Shown piece after piece: positions 57,014-64,000 of a DNA stretch of 64,000 bases; positions within the stretch are counted from its first letter, which is position 1; each line of letters begins with the position of its first letter. This stretch comes from a virus. Taxonomy: Duplodnaviria; Caudoviricetes. The position numbers and the translations under genes were made by a program. The notes below the pieces were generated by a model that did no database searches, was not told where the DNA came from, and was given only the letters and a program-made list of their open reading frames with translations. The DNA is taken from IMG/VR virus record IMGVR_UViG_3300013121_000031, positions 1 through 64,000 of that record; one strand, 5' to 3'.

Positions 57014-57679
57014 CTAAGGAGTTGCGTCGCCAATTGAAACAACTTTAATTAATGTCCAAACATCTTCAAGCAATTCTTGGAAATTAAGATCAATTTGGAG
57101 TATTTGAGGATTGATGTGCGAGTTAACCCAAGGTGCTGTTAATTTAAAATTGCACTCAAGACCATACCAAACAGTTTCACCAGTTTTTGGGTCATTTTCA
57201 CGTTGATAAGTTATTCCCGAATCAAGTGTGACTGGAAATTTGAAATCTCTTTCTACTGAGTTTCCTTCGAAATCTTTGCAAGTAACCACCCCTGTGACTG
57301 GATGGGCCATTGCTGTCTCACCTAAAAACCAAAGTTCTCTTTCTATATTATTGATTTCATTTAAATTTCTAGACCAAGCGACGAAAGAGTAAGTAGCTGC
57401 CACTCTAACAATCTGTGTTCGATAATAATCTCCATCAGCCGTATTTCCTCCAGGCATGCCTATTGTCGCTTGTGGGGGAGAGTGCATGAATTTATCTGTT
57501 GAAGTCCTAAATAATGCTGCTCCTGGGAGTCCTCGATCATTTTTAAGTTCAACATTTTGTTGATGTGCTGCTAATTTCTGCTTAGCTGTTTCTGGTGGAG
57601 CCCATATAGTCAAGCATTTAATATTTTGAAGGCGATAATTTAACCACGCCATCATTCCAATATCTGCAAAAGGAATCAT
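57014..57679 (-). CDS. Putative tail completion protein
   Basis: Between neck and sheath genes; LPGAALFR. Confidence 0.45.
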   Translation of the reverse strand: MIPFADIGMMAWLNYRLQNIKCLTIWAPPETAKQKLAAHQQNVELKNDRGLPGAALFRTSTDKFMHSPPQATIGMPGGNTADGDYYRTQIVRVAATYSFVAWSRNLNEINNIERELWFLGETAMAHPVTGVVTCKDFEGNSVERDFKFPVTLDSGITYQRENDPKTGETVWYGLECNFKLTAPWVNSHINPQILQIDLNFQELLEDVWTLIKVVSIGDATP

Positions 57680-58134
57680 ATGACTACTCCACTGGCTCCG
57701 AATGTAATAGCTGTATAAGGATTAGTATTTGTAGGTTCTGTAATTCTTATCCTTATGGCTCTGCCATCGGGAAAGGTTATGACAACCTTGTCGTTTAATC
57801 CAAGATCCTCTCTACAGACAATCGTATAAACTTGCTCTAACTTGTCAGCATACGAAATGACGTCTGGATTGGAAGCAATTGATTCAATGCTCTCACCGAT
57901 TAATACTTTTGTGATTATTTGAGCGGGAGCAGCATCTAATGGAGGCTCAGCATCAGCAGCTTCTTCCTCAGAATACTCTTCTGGGTAGACTAATTCTTTT
58001 TGCTCTATGTCTTCATAAGGAGTTGTTTCATACCTTGCACGAGTGATGACAGCGGGGAGCCCCCAATAATTCAAACTCTGTTTGAGTATCATTGTGAGAT
58101 GTCGAGCAGCCATCGCGCCATAATCTTGAACCAT
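57676..58134 (-). CDS. Putative head closure/neck protein
   Basis: Position and size. Confidence 0.4.
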   Translation of the reverse strand: MVQDYGAMAARHLTMILKQSLNYWGLPAVITRARYETTPYEDIEQKELVYPEEYSEEEAADAEPPLDAAPAQIITKVLIGESIESIASNPDVISYADKLEQVYTIVCREDLGLNDKVVITFPDGRAIRIRITEPTNTNPYTAITFGASGVVI

Positions 58135-58145
58135 TTGTTTAATCC

Positions 58146-58874
58146 TTAATGCTTGTAAGCTTTATACCAAGGATTTCTGTCATAGATAGCCTTCCATGTA
58201 TTTTCAAACAATTCATTTCCTTCTCTAACTAAATCAGCAGCATCAGTGATGATTGGAAAATTTTGATGAGTAAAGGCTCTTCTAGTTCTTCCTACAATAA
58301 GAAGAAAACGAGCTGACATTAAATCATAGAATAGCCTAGATTCTTCTAACTCAAGAATCTCCACTTCAGTAATTGTTTGGCCAGTCTGGGAAATTTTATG
58401 GTAAGGACGATAACTAGCTGTCACATCAAACTTTCCAGTCTCTGAAACATATAGTTTTGGCTTTCTGTACTCACGTTTGACTAAACGTGGAGTTGGAATA
58501 AAGCCTAGTGTTCCTGGAACTTGTCTAGTGCTGTTCCACTGAGCCCAGTTTGTCATAACTTGCGTTCCACCAACTGGAGTACATTTCAAAATGCTTTCTG
58601 GTGGATTGCCATAGATTGGAGCTTCTATATCATCAATGTTGTATCCAATATTCTCTGGATGTGTAGTAAAGTCATAAACAGTGTTTGTTCCAGTCAGTTG
58701 CGAAATATTGAATTTCTTTGTAATCGGGAAGTAATCAGCAAAATTATCCATGTCGGGCTTTAGTGCATAATAAAGTTTGGTGTAATCAAACTCAAAAGAA
58801 TCTAAATCCCCAGCAATGTGCTGACCATTCGTATTTAACAAGTAAGCAGCAAGCTCAGTTAACTTGATAGACAT
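58146..58874 (-). CDS. Putative neck/adaptor protein (gp13-like)
   Basis: C-terminal GRTRRAF...DAADLVREG pattern; position. Confidence 0.5.
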   Translation of the reverse strand: MSIKLTELAAYLLNTNGQHIAGDLDSFEFDYTKLYYALKPDMDNFADYFPITKKFNISQLTGTNTVYDFTTHPENIGYNIDDIEAPIYGNPPESILKCTPVGGTQVMTNWAQWNSTRQVPGTLGFIPTPRLVKREYRKPKLYVSETGKFDVTASYRPYHKISQTGQTITEVEILELEESRLFYDLMSARFLLIVGRTRRAFTHQNFPIITDAADLVREGNELFENTWKAIYDRNPWYKAYKH

Positions 58875-58956
58875 AGAATCGTTCCCTCCATGATTATTCT
58901 ATCATTCTGATGCTTAAAACTTAATCTAAAGACTCAAAAGATGGGTGTTTTCCTAC

Positions 58957-59008
58957 TTTACTTACTAATAGTTTTGCATTATATTAGTATTGTAGTTAAG
59001 GAGAACGA
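58957..59008 (+). promoter_or_regulatory. Conserved early promoter plus RBS
   Basis: TTTACT-TACTAATAGTTTTGCAT-TATATT...AAGGAGAACG. Confidence 0.8.
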
Positions 59009-59012
59009 CACA

Positions 59013-59177
59013 ATGAAAATGACACCTAAAGAGCGTGCCGAACTTCGAAGAATAAGAAACCAAATAGTTGTTTACACAAAATTGTCCACACAAGTAATGG
59101 ACGGACAAATTCTATTAAACAATGCCAAAGCAAGGTTAGCTGAATTCAAGAAAAAACATCCAAAGATCAAAGACTAG
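59013..59177 (+). CDS. Small basic early protein
   Basis: ATG after the conserved RBS. Confidence 0.6.
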   Translation: MKMTPKERAELRRIRNQIVVYTKLSTQVMDGQILLNNAKARLAEFKKKHPKIKD

Positions 59178-59198
59178 CTTCAAAAGGGGAACGACCAA

Positions 59199-59930
59199 AT
59201 GTCTACTGATGTTCACAATTATGCATGCTGCGGAAAAACCAAAACAATTCCTTACAGCCCCAATGATTACAGAAGGCTGACTGGGATGAGTGTTCGTTGT
59301 AATAAATGCTTCAAACCTATGGTATGGAGAAGCCGTGTTGAAGTTCAGTCACTCAATCACAATCAAGACGAATTGCAAGACATGATCAAACTTGGTTATG
59401 CCAAAAATGATGAATTCACTAATGCAATGGCTAATGCACTTAACCCATCCGAAAAACAGAAATATTGGATAACCAAATTGCTTGATGATGCAAGACAAAG
59501 AAAACAAAAGGCTGAGTCCCCAAAGACTGCACAAGTCGAATTCAATCAAATAAATGAACTCTTCTCTATCGCCAAAGCTGTTTTGAAAAGACCTTGCGTT
59601 CGTCTAATGATAGATGAAGAAAAAATCACTCTAACACCAGCAAAAGAAAATTCAAGAAATCCTGGGGCTATTTACATAAAAGGTGAAACTTCTGCAAGAT
59701 ATTTTGGAAAAATAACTGCGAAAGGTGAAGTCGACCTCACGTATAATGCGCCAATAGGTCTCAAAACGCTTTTGCTTGAGTTTGCTGCAAACCCGGCCTT
59801 GGTTGCAACCAAATATGGAAAGCTAACAAGCGCATGCTCATTCTGTGGGCTAACTCTAAGTGACTCACGGAGCGTTGAAGTTGGTTATGGTCCTGTATGC
59901 GCTGAACACTGGAAACTTCCTTGGGGGTAA
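59199..59930 (+). CDS. DUF6011-like Zn-finger protein
   Basis: CSFCGLTLSDSRSVEVGYGPVCA. Confidence 0.7.
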   Translation: MSTDVHNYACCGKTKTIPYSPNDYRRLTGMSVRCNKCFKPMVWRSRVEVQSLNHNQDELQDMIKLGYAKNDEFTNAMANALNPSEKQKYWITKLLDDARQRKQKAESPKTAQVEFNQINELFSIAKAVLKRPCVRLMIDEEKITLTPAKENSRNPGAIYIKGETSARYFGKITAKGEVDLTYNAPIGLKTLLLEFAANPALVATKYGKLTSACSFCGLTLSDSRSVEVGYGPVCAEHWKLPWG

Positions 59931-59932
59931 AA

Positions 59933-60148
59933 ATGTCAAACAACAGATCATTTCAATTGACTTGCACCGAAGGCAAAGGTGTCAACAAAATAGAAACTAG
60001 CTATCTAAAGCTGTCAGAGAGCGATTTAGAGATAATCATCATGACAATGTTGCAAGAAGACATTGAACCAATGTACGTCAATCAAGCAATGAAAATCAAT
60101 AGAGAGTTAGAAGATTTTTTGTACACTGCTCGTGAGTTCAAAAGATAA
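59933..60148 (+). CDS. Hypothetical protein
   Basis: ORF in early island. Confidence 0.5.
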   Translation: MSNNRSFQLTCTEGKGVNKIETSYLKLSESDLEIIIMTMLQEDIEPMYVNQAMKINRELEDFLYTAREFKR

Positions 60149-60158
60149 GGAGAACGAA

Positions 60159-60347
60159 ATGAAGGGTCCTTTTAAAGAAGGAATCTATCAACTTGATAAT
60201 TTCCAAGTAACTGTTTTTAGATTAGAAGGCCTAAAAAGACGTTGGTTCTACGCAAGTTGGGATGGTGCAAGACCAAATTCAACAGCATTTTTTCTAACAA
60301 AAGAGTTGTGGGCTGAAATGAAACTGATTAAAACTAAGGAGAATTGA
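60159..60347 (+). CDS. Hypothetical protein
   Basis: AAGGAGAACG RBS. Confidence 0.55.
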   Translation: MKGPFKEGIYQLDNFQVTVFRLEGLKRRWFYASWDGARPNSTAFFLTKELWAEMKLIKTKEN

Positions 60348-60719
60348 ATGAAAAGCTGCTTCTATTGCAACAAATTGACAGATTCTTTAAAGAGGCATTC
60401 GGGCAAAGTAATTTGTGAGTACTGCGATCGCCCGCCATGTAAGATTTTCAAATATCCCCTTCCTGAAGTCTTGCCAATGAATTCAAAACAGTTCACAATC
60501 AAGATGCCCATAGGGGCTCGATTATTACACGTAAATACCTTCCCCGATAATCAAGCATGCATCTGGGCTGAGGTGTTTGAAAAGAATGAACTAGAAGACG
60601 TCAAATTCATAATTGTCGGGACTGGTGTACAGACCCCAGGCAGTGACTATGAGTATTTTGGTACGTACATTCAGTCCCCCTTTTATGTGTGGCATCTGTT
60701 TGTCGAGATTGAAAAATGA
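60348..60719 (+). CDS. Conserved hypothetical phage protein
   Basis: IFKYPL..MPIGA..IWAEV..VGTG..YFGT..VWHLF. Confidence 0.6.
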   Translation: MKSCFYCNKLTDSLKRHSGKVICEYCDRPPCKIFKYPLPEVLPMNSKQFTIKMPIGARLLHVNTFPDNQACIWAEVFEKNELEDVKFIIVGTGVQTPGSDYEYFGTYIQSPFYVWHLFVEIEK

Positions 60720-60721
60720 CT

Positions 60722-60769
60722 AAACAAAAGAGCCGCTGAGGAAGAAGTAAACTTCTAAGTCGGCGGCTC
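60722..60769 (-). terminator. Hairpin between convergent genes
   Basis: GAGCCGCTGA...TCGGCGGCTC with a U-tract on the minus strand. Confidence 0.55.
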
Positions 60770-60790
60770 GGCACATGTTTCTATTCTATC

Positions 60791-61075
60791 TTAGTCGATA
60801 GGAACATCAAGCATAATTTTGTAATTCTCTTCAGATTGGACAAACAACACTTCAACAGTGATTTTGCCTTTATTCAAAGAGGCTACTGAATTATTGTCTT
60901 TATTACAAAACACTTTGACCCTTTTCTTGTTTGTAGAAAAATAAGTCTCAGCTACGGTCTTGAGTCTTTTGAATAATGTTTGGTCAATGATTTCATGCTT
61001 GACTAACTCTTTCTTCAAAACTTCTCGGACATCATGAACATGCTCTCTATTTGATTTAATTACGGTTTGCTTCAT
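60791..61075 (-). CDS. Hypothetical protein
   Basis: ATGA-coupled ORF. Confidence 0.5.
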   Translation of the reverse strand: MKQTVIKSNREHVHDVREVLKKELVKHEIIDQTLFKRLKTVAETYFSTNKKRVKVFCNKDNNSVASLNKGKITVEVLFVQSEENYKIMLDVPID

Positions 61076-61716
61076 TTTTTAACCCATCCCATTTTTTCAA
61101 TTCTTTCAGCCAAGTCGACTATGTGTTTGCATATACCAGGAGTACCTATTTTATTTCTTCTTGGATCATAAGGCTTGCCAGGCTTTTGCCAAGTAGAAAA
61201 ATTTGGTGGTGACCCATAACTCTGATTATCAGTCTTACGTTTTTTTGGCACTCCTGGAAGATTTCCTGGATACGGTAAATCTGATCCTTGGTGCGCCAAA
61301 GCCTTATGTCTATTATAGTACCACCACGTCCAAAAGTAGTCTGGGCAAGTGCATGAGACTCCAACAGGGTGGAAATCTAAATCTGGTTTTGCCATGTACA
61401 CTGTATGACTCTTAGCAACCTCAACCCTCATTCCAAAACGAGCAAGCTTCTGCCAAAAATTAGCTGGCTCTTCTACTGGGAATGGATTTGATTTTGATGG
61501 TTCAAGTGCATACGTAATCTTGTCAAAAACAATAACAGTATTATATTTTCGTGGAACTAAAGGCCCACTAACTCTTGGTTTGTACTCAGCCCACACCATA
61601 AACTGGTTACGTGATACATCAGTTGAATTCTTTTTGATGCCCGAAAAACGAACGGGGGGTGTTACACCCCCACGTATCTTATTTCTTCCATCTAGCAGAT
61701 AGTTAAAAGAGACCAT
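61072..61716 (-). CDS. SWIM-type Zn-finger protein
   Basis: VSCTCPDYF...PGICKHI. Confidence 0.65.
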   Translation of the reverse strand: MVSFNYLLDGRNKIRGGVTPPVRFSGIKKNSTDVSRNQFMVWAEYKPRVSGPLVPRKYNTVIVFDKITYALEPSKSNPFPVEEPANFWQKLARFGMRVEVAKSHTVYMAKPDLDFHPVGVSCTCPDYFWTWWYYNRHKALAHQGSDLPYPGNLPGVPKKRKTDNQSYGSPPNFSTWQKPGKPYDPRRNKIGTPGICKHIVDLAERIEKMGWVKK

Positions 61717-61724
61717 GGGTCAGA

Positions 61725-62036
61725 TTATTTCTTCTTGCCTTTTGGTTTTTTGTCCTCTACTTCAGCATCAGACTCGAATTCACAAGAAGCTTCGACTGGA
61801 GCTTCGGCAACCAGTTCATCAGCTTTCTTTTCTTCAACCTTAGCTTGCTTTGCTACTGGGACGTCTTGGATTGGGTCGCATGCATGAAGAACTGGATTAG
61901 CTGTAATCTTTTCTTCAAACATTGCAAACTCTTCTTGGGACATCTTGGTGATCCCCGGATTCAAATCGAATCTTTTGCCTGTTGCACGGTCGCGCAATTG
62001 CACCGTTCCTGGGCTGGTATTTTGAACATGCTTCAT
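61725..62036 (-). CDS. Hypothetical protein downstream of MCP
   Basis: AAGGAG SD. Confidence 0.6.
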   Translation of the reverse strand: MKHVQNTSPGTVQLRDRATGKRFDLNPGITKMSQEEFAMFEEKITANPVLHACDPIQDVPVAKQAKVEEKKADELVAEAPVEASCEFESDAEVEDKKPKGKKK

Positions 62037-62061
62037 GTCTTATGTATCTCCTTAAAACATT

Positions 62062-62093
62062 GGGCTCTATGAATATTTTAACCCATAGAGCCC
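62062..62093 (-). terminator. Hairpin after MCP gene
   Basis: GGGCTCTATG...CATAGAGCCC. Confidence 0.65.
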
Positions 62094-62126
62094 TCTGTTA
62101 TCTGTTTGTCTCGTCCAAATTATGAA

Positions 62127-63659
62127 CTAGGACTCTGGCACACCAGAACCGTAATCGAAACTGGTTTGATCAACGTTGATCTCTACCAATCCATTTACAA
62201 TCATCGCTTCGACAGCGGCCCAGATAGCGGCTGCTCTTTGACGTTGTAATGGGTTAGCTCCAGTACCTTGGATTTCAGTCAATGTGAGAGGCATATATGG
62301 GCAATAAGCCACAGGAGCTTCAAAAGGAGTTTTTCCTTTATAAAGACCGATGATCTTATTGGTTGCCAATTGAATGCTCGAAGGAACACGAACAACTGGT
62401 TTGCCCATAAAGTTACCAAACACATGAGGTCCTAAAGTGTCATCATCAAACACTTTCTGGAAGTCTGGGTGCTGCTCAATAACGGCTGATGCTTTGTTAC
62501 CAGCAATAAGCACGTTCATTGAACCGCGACCAAGGTTCTCAATCATGAGAGCATTAGCATCAGACAAGGCCGAAGGCAAAGTCATAATGTGCTCATAATA
62601 TGAGGTTCCAGATCCTGGTTGACGTCCCCATGTGATGCTTGCGTTAGATTCTGGAATCGAAGCAATAATCTTCGCTAACACGATGTTGAAGATTTCATTG
62701 TTCAACATGCTTGTCAAATCGCGAGTCATATCATCTTCAGCAGACAGACCCCAACGTTTTTGCATCATGAAGCTCTGTGCGAAACCATAGCTAGACTTTA
62801 GGGCAAAGAATCTTGCCTTGACAGTCTTCGCTTGGAGTTGCAAGAGGTTCTTTTGAAGATCTGAGCCTTCTTCAGCAAGTACCGCAAAGTCAACATACAC
62901 ATCAGTTTGACCTGATGGGTTTGCGCTGAATTGAAGTGAAGTGATTACGCCAGTGGTGAAGTTGATAGAACCATATACTGAGTATAGGTTGCTATTAACA
63001 ACAGCCGCAGATGAGAATCGACCGTTTGAAGGGTTAACAATCATCTCTGGGAATGTTACCTCATCAGCACCTGAATTGAAGACTGCTGAAGCTCTAACGA
63101 CGCATCTTTCGGGGTCGATAGGGGCTGTCAGATCGTCACTGCTCAAATCAGTGTTTGAATAGCTCTGTGCTCCATCTGCTGCACTGATTGGGTTAGTGTT
63201 GATGAAAGTGTCAGAAGCATAGTTCTCAGGGAATACTTCAGGCATTGCAAGAGGTGAGATCACCTTTTGTCCTGCTGTGACGTTTCCACGAGTGTTCTGT
63301 GCTAGAACATCTTTGAACCAAACTAAACCAACCGGCTCATCAATTGGTTGAACACCACAAACAACAGCCAATGGTGAAACACCAAAGGTAGCTGTAATGA
63401 TATCAAGACCAATCTTAGGTAACGGACCTAAGTTAGAGACTGAACCATTTGCTTCGCATAATGCGACGTGATCTTCGAAAGTTTCAAGCTGTTTACCGAG
63501 AGCAACCACATCAAATTCGTTTAAGGATTTTGAGCGGGCGAGAATTGAATGCTCAAGAGCTTGAAATTGGCTCTTGTACTTCTTCATATAACTCTCGGCT
63601 AGTCGCTGATATTTTAATTCTTCGCTTTTGGCTAGATCAGCACCATCACCAATTTTCAT
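62127..63659 (-). CDS. Major capsid protein (gp23-like)
   Basis: GVQPIDEPVGLV, VKAR..ALK, NNEI, AYCPYMPL. Confidence 0.9.
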   Translation of the reverse strand: MKIGDGADLAKSEELKYQRLAESYMKKYKSQFQALEHSILARSKSLNEFDVVALGKQLETFEDHVALCEANGSVSNLGPLPKIGLDIITATFGVSPLAVVCGVQPIDEPVGLVWFKDVLAQNTRGNVTAGQKVISPLAMPEVFPENYASDTFINTNPISAADGAQSYSNTDLSSDDLTAPIDPERCVVRASAVFNSGADEVTFPEMIVNPSNGRFSSAAVVNSNLYSVYGSINFTTGVITSLQFSANPSGQTDVYVDFAVLAEEGSDLQKNLLQLQAKTVKARFFALKSSYGFAQSFMMQKRWGLSAEDDMTRDLTSMLNNEIFNIVLAKIIASIPESNASITWGRQPGSGTSYYEHIMTLPSALSDANALMIENLGRGSMNVLIAGNKASAVIEQHPDFQKVFDDDTLGPHVFGNFMGKPVVRVPSSIQLATNKIIGLYKGKTPFEAPVAYCPYMPLTLTEIQGTGANPLQRQRAAAIWAAVEAMIVNGLVEINVDQTSFDYGSGVPES

Positions 63660-63704
63660 TTTTATCTTTCCTCCAAAGTTTATCCCTTGAGTGTCGTCTC
63701 GGGC

Positions 63705-64000
63705 TTATTTACGGGCCTTAGACAGCCGCTCAAAGAAAGCTTTATTGGCTTCTTTAGGAGTCGGTGCCTCTTTTACGGACTCGAACAGACGTCCGGCTGC
63801 CGATCCAGCATTACTAGGAGTTGTCACTCCAGGTTTGCTTGGGATGGTGACGCCTGCACGATTCTTATCTGCGCGATAAGTTTCTTCGGTTGCTGAAGAC
63901 TCGTTCAGTTTCTTGAGGTTAGCCTCAACTTCCTTACTAGGAGTTTTCTTCAACATTTCAGCGATGGTCTTTGTACGAGCTTCAATTACATTGACAGGAG
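63705..64000 (-). CDS. Prohead scaffold protein C-terminus (5' truncated)
   Basis: Frame open to the window edge; upstream of MCP; LNE/LFE motifs. Confidence 0.5.
   Translation of the reverse strand, partial: PVNVIEARTKTIAEMLKKTPSKEVEANLKKLNESSATEETYRADKNRAGVTIPSKPGVTTPSNAGSAAGRLFESVKEAPTPKEANKAFFERLSKARK

Noticed and set aside
34332-63896. Many 60-190 aa antisense or alternate-frame ORFs inside structural genes (e.g. 46689-47249, 35654-36046)
   Set aside because: Shadow ORFs with no SD or recognisable motifs
1-64000. Genome-wide TAG recoding suggested by the CUA tRNA
   Set aside because: Conserved genes are full length in code 11, and MCP, tail tube, folE and queD end at TAG at their expected C-termini

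Overview
A 64-kb, AT-rich segment of a large lytic myovirus with T4-like structural genes, using the standard genetic code. Plus strand 1-20.5 kb: SSB, RecA/UvsX, Mre11/Rad50 (gp47/gp46), DenV, an AAA ATPase/DUF3150-like/vWA module, many early hypothetical genes, and a 13-member tRNA cluster with two HNH endonucleases. Minus strand 20.5-28 kb: a 7-deazaguanine cluster (folE, queE, queD, queC, queF, dpdA-like) with two ParB-N genes, a TerS-like gene and a Pth2-like gene. Minus strand 29.3-64 kb: lysis/accessory genes, then tail fibre, baseplate, tape measure, tube, sheath, neck, major capsid and scaffold genes. Two plus-strand early islands lie at ~28-29.4 kb and ~59-60.7 kb. Most notable: (1) an amber (CUA) tRNA followed by a leader ORF ATG-ACG-TAG...Asp-Pro-Pro that runs into a hairpin burying the ribosome-binding site of the peptidyl-tRNA hydrolase gene, which looks like a readthrough-controlled switch; (2) a DUF2156/MprF-like putative aminoacyl-tRNA-dependent transferase inside the preQ1 operon, suggesting an undescribed acylated 7-deazaguanine DNA base; (3) tRNA-Ser genes with an 8/4 fold, one duplicated in inverted orientation together with the start of its downstream ORF. 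All protein calls come from motif recognition by eye; no searches were run.
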